This document shows positions 37,900 through 50,485 of a DNA stretch of 64,000 nt, one piece after another (position 1 is the first letter of the stretch; each line of letters opens with the position of its first letter). The stretch spans positions 341,062,001-341,126,000 of the forward strand of contig CM075977.1 in NCBI GenBank assembly GCA_038087875.1, written 5' to 3'. The position numbers were made by a program, and so were the translations under genes. Under the pieces are notes generated by a model, which was not told where the DNA came from, searched no databases, and worked only from the letters and a program-made list of their open reading frames with translations. The DNA is from Malacoraja senta. Its lineage: Eukaryota.

Positions 37900-40827
37900 A
37901 AAGAACCCTGAGGCTCATAGCACACAGCGATAAGGTGGTTATGAAGGCATAATAAACCGCTTGCTTTCCTTGGTTGGCTGAGGTAAGAATACCGAGCACA
38001 ATGGTCATGCTGGAACTGAATAATAGTGCTTGCATCACAATGAGAGTACTGTATAGAAATCTAGTCACCGTTCACCACTTTAGAGGAAAAATGTGATAGC
38101 ACTGGAGAGAGTTTAGAGGAGATTTACAAGGATGCTGTGTAACAGCACTGCATAGGAACATGCTCCTTGGCCCACCACGTGTGTACTGATCATCATGCCA
38201 ATCTGAAATAATGCCATCTGCTTGTACATAGTCCACATGCCTCTATTCCCTGTCTGTTCGTGTGTCTGTCTGAGTGACTCTTAACATTGTTATCAGATCT
38301 GCTTTTACCACCTCTCCTCCTAGAGAATTACAGGCATTTTCCACTGTATAAAAAATCTACCTCGTACTTCTCTTTTAATCTTTCCCACTCTCACCTTAAA
38401 CATACGCACTGTGGTATTTGACATCTCCACTTGAAAATAAAATATTCTGATTATCTGTCCTACCAATACCTCTCATGACTTGAAATACATCTTTCAGGTC
38501 TCCCCTCAGCCTCCGTGTGAAAACAATCTGAGTATGTCCAACCTATCCTTACAGTTAACATACTCCTATCCAGGCAATATCCAGCTAAACCAGAGCATCC
38601 ACTCCACTGATATCCACATTCATCCCATAGTGTGGTGACTGGAACTACACATAATACTCCAATGTGACCCAACCAACGTTTTTGTTTCAACTGCGACCTG
38701 ACCTCCCATTTTTTATACTCAATGACCCAACCGATGAAGGCAAGCATGCAATATACTATACTATACATTCTATGTATTGCCACTTTAGAGCATATAAAAG
38801 TACGGAACAGGACCTATCTGTGTTGAACATTTCCAAGATATACTAATCTCATTTGCTAGCATATGATCCATATCCATGATTCATATCCCTTTATTCCCTG
38901 CATATCCATGTTCCTATATAAAAGCGTCTTAAACACCACTATTGTTACTGCCTCCCCCACCACTCCCGGCAGCGCATTCCTGGCACCCACTGCTGTTTTT
39001 CTGTGCAACCAACCTGCCCCGCACATCTCTTTCAAACTTTGCCCCTTTCACATTTCCACCCTGCGAAAATGGTTCTGACTGTCTACTCTATCAACGCCTC
39101 TCATTATATTATATATGTCTATCAAGTCTTCTCTCAACTTCTGACGTTCCAGAGAATACATTCCAAGTCTCCTGTAGCTGAAAGCCTCTAATCAAGGTAG
39201 CATTCTTGTAAACCTCCACTGCACCCTCTCCAAAGCTTCCACATTTTTCCTGTAATAGGGCAAACACAACTGCCTGCAATACTCCAAATGGGGTCTAACG
39301 ATAGCCCTATAGAGCTGCATCACGACTTCCTGATTCTTATATTCAACACCCCTAGCAATGAAGGCAAGCATAACAAACACCATTTTTACCACCCTATCCA
39401 CTTGCGCTGCCACCTTTAGTGAGCTCTGAACTTGGACCCCAAGATCGCTTTGCACTTCAATGGACTGAGATGAGGAAAAACTTCTTCACCCAGAGAGTTG
39501 TGAATCTGTGGAATTTTTTGCCACTGGAGGCCAATTCACTGGATGTTTTCAAGAGAGAGTTAGATTTAACTCTTCGGGCTAAAGGAATCAAGGGATATGG
39601 GGAAAAAAGCAGGAATGGGGTACTGATTTTAGATGATCAGCCATGATTAGATTGAATGGCGGTGTTGGCTGGAAGGGCCGAATGGCCTACTCCTGCACCC
39701 ACTTTTCTATGTTTCTATGTTAATGTTGTTAAGGTCTTGCCATTAATTGTATACTCTTTCCTTACATTCGACCTGCCAAAGTGCAACACCTCATCCTTGG
39801 TTAGGGTTAAACTCCGTCTGCCATTCCTCCGCCCATTTCTGCAGTTGATCTAAATTCCACTGTATCTTCTGACAGCATTCCTCACTGTCTGCACCTCCTC
39901 CAGTTTTTTTGTCATCAACAAACTTACTCATCTACATTTATATCCAGGTCATTTATATATATCACAAACAGCAGAGGTACCAGCACAGATCCCTGCGGAA
40001 CTCCACTGTTCACCTCCAGCCAGAATATCTACCTTCCACCACAACCCTGTCAGTTATGAATCCATATAACCAGGTCATTGTGCATCCCATACATCTTAGT
40101 CTTCTGGATCAGTCTACCATGAGGGACCTTATCAAAAGCCTTGCTAAAAACCATGTAAGCAACATATAACCGCCCTACCTTCATCAATCTCTTTGGTTAC
40201 CTCCTCAAAAAACTCAATCAAGTTAGTATGAGATGACCTGCTGTGTACAAAGCTGTGCTGGCTAATTAGCACAATTATATCCTGCTGTATCCTTTGACAA
40301 CCGTTCTCACTATCCACAACTCCACCAATTTTAATGTCAGCTGCAAACTATTTTACATTTTCATCCAAATCATTTATACCTATTCCAAACAGCCGTCCAC
40401 GTATTGATCCTTGTGGAGCACCTAGAGTGCCCCTGCTGATCAAGTTGGCATATGGGCTAATCCTATTTGCCTGGACTTGGTTCCATATCCCTCTAAACCT
40501 TTCCAATCCATATATCTGCCATGTCTTTTCAGTCATAATTGCATCCACCCATAACTCCTTCTGGCAGTCCATTCCAGATGTGGACTTCCCTCTGAATGAA
40601 AAAGATGCCCCTGAGGTTCCTCTGAAATCTTCTCCCACTCACCTTAAGCCTGTGCACTCTAGTTTAAGACTGTGAGTATTCCCCTCTACACCTCTACTCA
40701 TTCTCCTCATGATTTTATACACCGCTATTAGACTCCCTCAGCCTCCTGCACTCCAAGAAATAACATCCTATCGTGTATAATCTCTCCCTGAAACTCTGGC
40801 CCTCAAAACCTGGCAACACCCTTGTAA
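37900..40827. mobile_element. Cluster of old CR1 fragments (mostly minus), with a younger plus-strand 3' end at about 39460-39720
   Basis: ORF 39192-39455 (DLGVQV...RPHLEYC...RFTRMLP) and several degenerate CR1 3' ends. Confidence 0.7.
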
Positions 40828-43722
40828 ATGGTTGAGTTCTTCATTAGGATGGAGAGTGACATTGTTAATTCAGAAACAAGGCTTCTGAACTTAAAGAAAG
40901 GTAACTTTGAGGGTATGAAACGTGAATTGGCCAAGATTGACTGGCAATTGATTCTTAAAGGGTTGACGGTGGATATGCAATGGAAGGCATTTAAAGACTG
41001 CATGGATGAACTACAACAATTGTTCATCCCAGTTTGGCAAAAGAATAAATCAGGGAAGGTAGTGCATCCGTGGATAACAAGGGAAATCAGGGATAGTATC
41101 AAAACAAAAGATGAAGCGTACAAATTAGCCAGAAAAAGCAGCCTACCAGAGGACTGAGAGAAATTCAGAGTCCAGCAGAGGAGGACAAAGGGCTTAATTA
41201 GGAAAGGGAAAATAGATTATGAAAGAAAACTGGCAGGGAACATAAAAACTGACTGCAAAAGTTTTTATAGATATGTGAAGAGAAAGAGATTAGTTAAAAC
41301 AAATGTAGGTCCCTTGCAGTCAGAAACAGGTGAATTGATCATGGGGAACAAGGACATGGCAGACCAATTGAATAACTACTTTGGTTCTGTCTTCACTAAG
41401 GAAGACATAAATAATCTGCCGGAAATAGCAGGGGACCGCGGGTCAAATGAGATGGAGGAACTGAGTGAAATCCAGGTTAGCCAGGAAGTGGTGTTAGGTA
41501 AACTGAATGGATTAAAGGCCGATAAATCCCCAGGGCCAGATAGGCTGCATCCCAGAGTACTTAAGGAAGTAGCCCCAGAAGTAGTGGATGCATTAGAGAT
41601 AATTTTTCAAAACTCCTTAGATTCTGGAGTAGTTCCTGAGGATTGGAGGGTAGCTAATGTAACCCCACTTTTTAAAAAGGGAGGGGAGAGAAAATGGGGA
41701 ATTACAGACCCGTTAAAGGCCTGTCTCATGAGTCTGCGGTCATTGGCGGCGAAACAGGAAGAATCTACCGCTCCTGGGCTGCCATAGACCGCGCACTCGG
41801 TCAAACGCACAATTCCGGGGCCGTGCGGCGTTGTTCCCAACGGTGCTAAAATAAAACCAACACTGTTCAAAAAACGTTTCCTACCGCACAGCCTCCGCCA
41901 GTGAGGCACGAGTGCGGCACGGCCGCCGCCACAGCCACCGCCAGTGTGGCACGAGCGCCGTGCGTCGAACTTGCACCACCACAGCCTCCGCCAGTGAGGC
42001 ACGACCGCTGCCACAGCCGCCGCCACAGCCTCCGCCAGTGAGGCACGTGTGCGGCACAGCCGCCGCCACAGTGCCGCGATCAGCACGGCCGCCGCCACAG
42101 CCCCGCAGATCCGAAATGACGTCATCGCAGTCGGCCCGCCCTTTTTTTTAACTTACTGCAAGCTCGTGGGACCAGCCGCACTTAAATCACTCGGCCCCCG
42201 CGCAGCACCCGTGCGGCGCTCCCGTGGCATAGGCTCGGCGCTCTCGCTGTTGCCGTGCGGTCCCCTCTACCAGCGACGCCGCGCTTCACCGCCGATGAGC
42301 GCAACACCGTGAGACAGAGCCTTTAGTCTAACATCGGTAGTGGGGAAACTGCTAGAGTCAGTTATTAAAGATGGGATAGCAGCACATTTGGAAAGTGGTG
42401 AAATCATTGGACAAAGTTAGCATGGATTTACGAAAGGTAAATCATGGCTGACGAATCTTATAGAATTTTTCGAGGATGTAACTAGTAGAGTGGATAAGGG
42501 AGAACCAGTGGATGTGTTATATCTGGACTTTCAGAAGGCTTTCGACAAGGTCCCACATAAGAGATTAGTATACAAACTTAAAGCACACGGTATTGGGGGT
42601 TCAGTATTGATGTGGATAGAGAACTGGCTGGCAAACAGGAAGCAAAGAGTAGGAGTAAACGGGTCCTTTTCACAATGGCAGGCAGTGACTAGTGGGGTAC
42701 CGCAAGGCTCAGTGCTGGGACCCCAGCTATTTACAATATATATTAATGATTTGGACGAGGGAATTGAATGCTACATCTCCAAGTTTGCGGATGACACGAA
42801 GCTGGGGGGCAATGTTAGTTGTGAGGAGGATGCTAGGAGGCTGCAAGGTGACTTGGATAGGCTGGGTGAGTGGGCAAATGCATGGCAGATGCAGTATAAT
42901 GTGGATAAATGTGAGGCTATCCACTTTGGGGGCAAAAACAGGAAATTAGACTATTATCTAAATGGTGGCCGATTAGGGAAAGGGGAGATGCAACGAGACC
43001 TGGGTGTCATGGTACACCAGTCATTGAAAGTAGGTATGCAGGTGCAGCAGGCAGTGAAGGAAGCGAATGGTATGTTAGCATTCATAGCAAAAGGATTTGA
43101 GTATAGGAGCAGGGAGGTTCTACTGCAGTTGTACAGGGTCTTGGTGAAACCACGCCTGTAGTATTGCGTACAGTTTTGGTCTCCAAATCTGAGGAAAGAC
43201 ATCCTTGCCATAGAGGGAGTACAGAGAAGGTTCACCAGACTGATTCCTGGGATGGCAGGACTTTCATATGAAGAATGACTGGATAGACTCGGCTTGTACT
43301 CGCTAGAATTTAGAAGATTGAGGGGGGATCTTATAGAAACTTACAAAATTCTTAAGGGGTTGGACAGGCTAGATGCAGGAAGATTGTTCCCAATGTTGGG
43401 GAAGTCCAGGACAAGGGGTCACAGTTTAAGGATAAAGGGGATATCCTTTAGGACCGAGATGAGAAAAACATTTTTCACACAGAGAGTGGTGAATCTCTGG
43501 AACTCTCTGCCACAGAAGGTAGTTGAGGCCAGTTCATTGGCTATATTTAAGAGGGAGTTAGATGTGGCCCTTGTGGCTAAAGGGATCAGGGGGTATGGAG
43601 AGAAGGCAAGTACAGGATACTGAGTTGGATGATCAGCCATGATCATATTGAATGGCGGTGCAGGCTCGAAGGGCCGAATGGCCTACTCCTGCACATATTT
43701 TCTATGTTTCCATGTTTCTATG
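40828..43722 (+). mobile_element. CR1 LINE, same subfamily as 5089-7765, interrupted by a MITE
   Basis: ORFs 40828-41157, 41275-41787, 42490-43161 (FADD) and 43294-43623; (CTATGTTT)n tail. Confidence 0.93.
41716..42322. mobile_element. GC-rich MITE, PIF/Harbinger-like, with an internal minisatellite
   Basis: Termini AGGCCTGTCTCA and TGAGACAGAGCCT. TTA duplicated at 41713-41715 and 42323-42325; removing the insert restores the CR1 sequence GTTAGTCTAAC. Confidence 0.8.
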
Positions 43723-44106
43723 TTTCAAATTGACTCTGCACTCCTTCCAGCTTACTGGCATATTTCCTATAGCAAGGTGACGAAAACTGAACACAATACT
43801 GGCCTCAGTCTGGCTACACCAACATCCAGTAACAATACATCCCAATTTCGATACTCACATCTGATGAAGGCCAGCCTGCCAAAGGCCTTTTTTCCTATCA
43901 CCCTATCTACCTACCACCACTTTCAGGGAACTATGCACCTACTCCTAAATGCCTCTGCTCTACAACACTTCCCACTGTTTACTGTGAAGGTTCTGCCCTG
44001 GTTTAACATCTGAATTAAACTCCATTTGACATTCTGCAGCCCACTTGGAGTTCAATATCCTGTTGTAATTCTTGATAGCTAACATCACTGCCTACGATAT
44101 AACATA

Positions 44107-45525
44107 CAGTGCCAGCCATAATGTTTGGGACAAAGACCCATCATTTATGTATTTGCCTCTGTACACAATTTGAGATTTGTAATAGAAATAAATCAAATGG
44201 TGTTAAAGCGCACATTGTCAGATATTATTAAAGGCCATTTTTATACATTTTGGTTTCACCATGTAGAAATTACAGCTGTGTTTATACGTAGTCCCCCCAT
44301 TTCAGGGCACCATAATGTTTGGAACACAGCAATGTCATGTAAATGAAAATAGTCATGTTTAGTATTTTGTTGCATATCCTTTGCATGCAATGATTGCTTG
44401 AAGTCTGAGATTCGTGGACATCACCAGTTGCTGGGTGTCTTCTCTGGTGATGCTCTGCCAGGCCTGTATAGCAGCCATCTTTCACATGCTTGATTTGGGG
44501 GCTCGTCCCCTTCAGTTTTCTCTTCGGCATATAAAAGGCATGCTCAATTGGGTTCAGATCGGGTGATTGACTTGGCCACTCAAGAATTTACAATTTTGTA
44601 GCTTTGAAAAACTCCTTTCTTGCTTTAGCAGTATGTTTGGGATCATTGTCTTGTAAAATGAACCACTGGCCAATGAGTTTGGATGCATTTATTTGAACTT
44701 GAACAGATAAGATGTGTCTATACATTTCAGAATTCATTATGCTACTACCATCAGCAGTTGTATCATCAATGAAGATAAGTGAGCCAGTACCTTCAGCAGC
44801 CATACATGCCCAGGCCATAACACCTCCACCACTGTGTTTCAAAGGTGAGGTGGTATGCTTTGGATCTTGGGCATTTCCTTCTCTCCTCCATACTTTGCTC
44901 TTGCCATCACTCTGACATGTTAATCTTTGTCTCATCTATCCACAAGACCTTTTTCCAGAACTGTGCTTGCTCTTTTAAGTACTCTTGGGAAACTGTAACC
45001 TGGCCATTCTATTTTTGCATCTAACCAGTGGTTTGCATCTTGCAGTGTAACCTCTGAGTTTCTGTTGATGAAGTCTTCTGCGGACAGTGGTCATTCACAA
45101 ATCTACACCTGTCTCCTGAAGACTGTTTCTGATCTTTCAGACAGGTGTTTGGGGATTTTCTTTATTATAGAAAGAAATCTGTCTTTAGCTGTGGAGGTCT
45201 TCCTTGGCCTGCCAGTCCCTTTGCAATTAGTAAGCTCACCAGTGTTCTCTTTCTTCTTAATGATGTTCCAAACATTTGATTTTAGTAAGCCTAAGGTTTG
45301 GCTGATGTCTTTAACAGTTTTATTCTTGTTTCTCAGTCTCCTATAATGGCTTCTTTGACTTTCATTGGCACAACTTTGGTCCTCATATTGATGAACAGCA
45401 ATAGAAGTTTCCAAAGGTAATGGAAAGATTGGAGGAAAGACTAGGTGCTGAGAGCTCTCTCATACCTGCATTAAGGAAGCAATTAAACACACCTGAGCAA
45501 TTACAAACGGATGTGAAGCCATGTG
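44107..45525 (-). mobile_element. Tc1/mariner IR/DR transposon with a decayed transposase; one TIR missing
   Basis: Terminus TA-CAGTGCC..ATAATGTTTGGGACAAAG. ORF pieces [20 protein letters not shown] and GRPRKTS. Homologous to 54074-55706. Confidence 0.9.
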
Positions 45526-47347
45526 TAAGAGCCATTAAGCTTAAGTCAGTATATTTATCATGTCTGATATTTTTAGTTTTAGTTTTTATCTGCCTGTACT
45601 GAGATTTGATACGTAGTAGGGGTGTGGTCTTTTGTTAGAGGAGTCTGGTGCAGACTCTCAGAATAGAAGGTTCAGTTTGGTGTCGGAGAATGAGGGGAAA
45701 CAGTTTTCTACTATGATCACGACACACACATGTTGCAAGACAACATACCTTCATAAGAAGAAGCTTTTGTGTGATTTATATGATGTGAATGGAACAGCGA
45801 TTAAGAACAGAAAGTTATGAGTTATTTCTTTGTTTTGTATTACTTCAATAAAAAAAACAATTAATCAAGAAATGACATCTGGAAGATTCATCTTTGCTGT
45901 CTTATGTGTGTCGTGAGTGCGTTAGGCTATACCTCCAAATCATCTCCGAAAATTAATGGCTATCGAAGTTGGACTTTGAGAACGTTGTAAAAACTGCCAT
46001 TATATTAAGTAGAAAACTGTTACTACCAGGAAGAGTAGTAGCCAAAACTGATTCAACAGTGGACTGAAGAAGCTGAACCTCTGCCAGAGATTACAGCCTG
46101 AATCCTGGGAGGAAGAAACTGACATGGTTGACACCTGGGTCAATAGAGGAAGAGAAGACTTCATTGACCGAGAGGGCCATGAATAGATCGATTGCTTGCC
46201 GTATTTGAAAACTGCCAGAAGCATTAAAGTTTAAAAGCCTGTGAGAAAATTCTACAGATAGAAAGAATGCAGGCACATAAGGTACATTACTAGTTTAATG
46301 CGTCCAGTCCAAAAAACAACCTTCCATCACCACCCTCTGTTTCCTCCCATTCTATATTCGGTTAATTAGCTCTCGATACAACCTATTATACTGAACCTTA
46401 TCAAAAGCTTTGCTGAAGTTAATATAGATCATGACTACGGCCTTGCCCACGTCAACCTTGGCTTACTTCTTCAAAAAATTCAATCAAATTCGTGTGCACG
46501 ATTGCCCACGCACAAAATCATGCTTTTGCCTTTATAAACACTCGTATATTTTATCCCTCAGAAACCTCTCCAGTAACTTTCCGACTACTGATTATAAGCT
46601 CACTGATCCCAGGTCATTCTTTGCAGGCCTTCTTAAATACCAAGACTACATTAACCACCTTCCAGTCACCCATTTCTAATGATGATTCATATTTATCAGG
46701 TTGAAGTGAAGTGGGGGGTGGGGGATGAAGAACATTTGTTGGCTTTTTACAACTGACCTTAAAATCCCCTGGTTTGAAGAATTACTCAGCTTTTCATTCC
46801 TGAAAGCGATACCTTTTCACCAACCAGTGCATGAAGTGTGGGATTTATGGATAAGGCAAGGATTTATTTGCGGTGCCTCTATATTCAAATAATTTGTTAA
46901 TTATCATTGACAGTACTCTAACAAAATATGATAGCCGGTTGAATGAGGAATAAAAGCTAACTGGTGCTCATGGAACTGTATCCCAGAAAAAGCTCAAGTG
47001 ACTGTAGGAGAGGAAAGGAGGTGAGAAAATTGGCACAATTATTCTCTTAAATAAATAAAATTTGTTCATGAAGTTCTGGAAAGGAAATTAGACTTATGGG
47101 TGACAGCCAACAGCATGAAGGATACAATAACGCTGTGAAAGTAGTGTGTAAGAATGTAATCCCTTTCGGAGGAAGTTTGGTCTGCAAGCTTTCTTCTGGC
47201 TGACAAGAGAAGCATTGAGATACAGTAACAGAGGAATCATCTGGCTCAAGCGGCTCAAGATGAAATGAAGCAAAGCTTTTCTAGGTGACCATTAATCAAC
47301 ATGAACTCATTTCTATTGACATGGATGATCTTTTGGCGACTTAGAGT

Positions 47348-47406
47348 GAGTGCCCTCCATAATGTTTGGGACAAAGACCCATCACCAAACATTATGGAAG
47401 GCACTG
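47348..47406. mobile_element. 59-bp fusion of the two Tc1 termini
   Basis: AGTGCCCTCCATAATGTTTGGGACAAAGACCCATCA joined to CCAAACATTATGGAAGGCACTG followed by TA. Confidence 0.8.
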
Positions 47407-47439
47407 TATGTTCATTCAAAAATAATTTCATTTTTAATT

Positions 47440-50171
47440 TTACTTGCTAAATACTTTGGTCCTTGTACTTGCTAAATACAAGGCCCCGGACAAAGCTTCC
47501 CCTACCTTTCGCTCCTCGCTCGGCTCCCGGTGGGTGTGCGGGCTCGGCCTTGCAGCCGCCGCCACATGTGCCGAGCCAGGAGGCGGAGTAACCGCGCGGG
47601 CGCCCTGGGAAGGTGGAAGACTCTCGCCCGTGCCCGTTCAACATCAGCCTACCTCGCCCAGCACTGTGAAGTCGGATCTGGTCGGCCCTACCGCTCCATC
47701 CATCGGCGGTCCCTCGAGCCCAGGTATGCCTCTCTCCGGTCGATCTTTCCGGTCCCCGGTCTGTCGGCCCGCGGGCTCCCAGCCAGGCCATCTGTGAATG
47801 CAGCGGCGTGGTCTCCCCGAATCTCCGCCCGCTGGCGTGGGAGCCGTTAAAGGACCACAACTCACCTGCAGTCCCTGCTAAGGTGGCCCTGATCAACGCA
47901 AGATCCTCATCGAACAAAACCTTCATCCTCAACGACTTCTTCACCGCACGTGGATTGGACTTCTTACTGGTCACAGAAACCTGGCTTAATCCTGGTGACC
48001 TTGCTCCACTCGTGGAACTCTGTCCTGATAACTGTAACTTTTTCAGCTCGCCTAGGCTCTCCGGACGCGGTGGGGGCCTAGCCACTGTGTTTAAGAAACA
48101 TTTCAACTGCCGCCTCCTGAACGCTGATCATTTCTCCAGCTTCGAACATCAACTAATTATAGTAGGTCTAGTCTGTCCCCTTTTAATTGTTCTTGTGTAT
48201 CGCCCACCAAAAATGCATAAGGACTTTATCACCCAATTTGCTGATCTTATCTCTAGCTTGTTGCCCAAATTTGACCGGGTCCTGATTCTGGTGATTTTAA
48301 CATTCATGTCTGCTGTCCTACTAAGCCTCTTGTGAGTGAATTTATGAACCTGGTTGAGTCCTTCAATCTGACTCTACTTACCACTGGACCCACGCACAAG
48401 CTTGGCCATACACTCGACCTGGTGCTATCCTCTGGTCTCCCAATTTGTAATATAGAAATTATTGATGCTTGTCTGTCAGATCATAGCGCAATTATATTTG
48501 ATGCATCTCTGCCTTTCTCTCCCTCAAAATCCCATCTCCCTATTCGCTACTCGCACTACATAAATTCTTCAATTGCCAGTAAGTTCTCAGAGGCTCTCAT
48601 AGCTGCTCCTGACATCTGCACCATTGAGGTGTCTCCCCTCCATCTCAGCACCGATGACCTCATTTCTTTCTTAAAATGAAAAAGCCTAAACCTAAAGGCT
48701 GGCCGTGGCTCAATGACACCACCAGAGCCCTAAGAAGAGAGTGCAGAAAATCACAACGGAAGTATAAATCTGATAAGCTTCAAATCTCCTTCGAACTTCT
48801 GAAAAACAATCTTCTCATATCAGGAAGCAGTAAAGTCTGCGAAAACACAATACTTTTCCGACCTTATTTCCAAAAACGCCCATAACTCCTATTTAGTACC
48901 ATTACCTCTGTCCTATGTCCTGCCCCCAGTACCAGCTTAGCTGGGTACCCTGCTAAGTGTGAAGAATTTACTTCATTTTTCACCAGCAAAGTTGAGAACA
49001 TTGGAACGAATATTTCCCCTCCTATCCGTGACCTAGCTGTCTCATTGGTCTGTTCTTCTAAATTGGACTGTTTCCAACCCGTTACTCTACCCTCCCTTGT
49101 AAAGCTGGTCTCCACTATGAAACCTGCAACCTGCCCCCTCGACGTTGTCCCCACTGCCCTTCTGAAGGATGTCATTGCAATAACCGGTCCCAGCATCCTC
49201 TCTGTCGTCAACAGTTCTCCGGCCACTGGCACTGTTCCAACCTGTTTCAAGCACACAGCGGTCCAGCCCCCCCTGAAAAAACCTAACCTAGACCCCACCT
49301 TGCCTAGCAACTACAGACTTATTTCCAAACTGCCTTTCCTTTCAAAAGTCCTTGAAAAGGTAATGCCTTACCTTCAACAAGGTAATGCCTTACCTACAAC
49401 AAAATACCATCCTGGAAAGTTTCCAATCAGGTTTCAGAGCCCACCACAGCATAGAGTCTGCCTTGCTGAAGTAACATAACGACCTGCTTCTTGCCATCGA
49501 CTCTGGCGACTGTGCAATCCTGCTCCTTCTCGACCTGATACAGTGGACCACACCTTCCTAATTGACCGTCTCCGGTACGGGGTTGGTATTGATGGCACTG
49601 CTCTGAGCTGGTTCGTTTCCTACCTCAAAGATAGGAGTTTCTCTACAAACATGGGCAACTCTTTCTCTTCCCCAGCTAGCCTTTGCTGCGGGGTTCCACA
49701 AGGCTCCATCCTAGGCCCCATTCTCTTCTCTCTGTATATGTTCCCCCTAGGCCAAGTCATTCAAAGGCACGGCATTTCCTATGCAGAAGATACACAGCTC
49801 TATTTCCCCCTGAAACCCAACAACCAATCAAATCGACTTAGCCTTATGCACTGCCTCGAGGATATAAAGTGTTGGATGGCGCAGAACTTCCTCCAACTAA
49901 ACGAGACCAAGTCTGAGGTCAGCCTACTCGGCCCCTCGGACTCCATCAAAACGTTAGTAGGCAGCCTTGGAAGCCTAACCTCCTTACTCAAACCGCACGT
50001 CAAAAACCTTGGCGTGATATTTGACTCCATATTGAAGTTTGACAAACAAGTCAATGCTGTGGTAAAAGTTAGCTTCTTCCAGCTTCGCACGATAGCTAAA
50101 AGCAAACCATTCCTCCAATCCCACGTCCTTGAAAAGATCATCCATGCATTTATCTCCTCCCGCCTTGATTA
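47440..50171 (+). mobile_element. L2-clade LINE with APE endonuclease and RT, frameshifted and 3'-truncated
   Basis: Endonuclease motifs LINARS, VTETWL, GGGLA, VYRPP, GHTLDLV and SDH; RT motifs [27 protein letters not shown] and YAED. Confidence 0.9.
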
Positions 50172-50416
50172 GGGGGGCGGGTGGGGGAGGGGGGGCTCTG
50201 TGGGGGGGGGGGGGTATGGGGAGGGGGAACCTTCAAAACCTTCATAACTTTTGTACTATTTCACCGATTGGAACAAAACTTATTTGACTTGCAGCAGAGG
50301 AGAATGGTAAGGTGGCGAAAAATCGTAGCTCTATGGGGGATAGTTTTTGTGCAAATGTAATTACAACACAGACAGGAAGTGGTCAAGATGAGAGTTTTAG
50401 TAATATATAGATAGAT
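50172..50416 (-). mobile_element. Non-autonomous Helitron 5' end
   Basis: The reverse complement begins TCTATCTATATATTACTAAAACTCTC, matching the TC-initiated Helitron 5' terminus pattern. Confidence 0.6.
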
Positions 50417-50437
50417 AATTACCATTTTATAATTTTA

Positions 50438-50485
50438 GTCAGGGTAGGCAGTGCCTACCTTGCCTACCCTGACGGCACGTGCCTG
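50438..50485 (-). mobile_element. Probable hAT-type transposon terminus with a subterminal hairpin
   Basis: The reverse complement begins CAGGCACGTGCC; 13-bp perfect inverted repeat GTCAGGGTAGGCA / TGCCTACCCTGAC. Confidence 0.5.

Noticed and set aside
41607-42312. Overlapping Ala/Gly/Arg-rich ORFs and a CRISPR-like repeat-spacer appearance
   Set aside because: A GC-rich minisatellite within a MITE: spacers are related to one another, there are no cas genes, and the context is vertebrate.
49357-49396. 17-bp direct repeat AAGGTAATGCCTTACCT in the L2 RT
   Set aside because: A local duplication or repair scar in a dead element; no functional implication.
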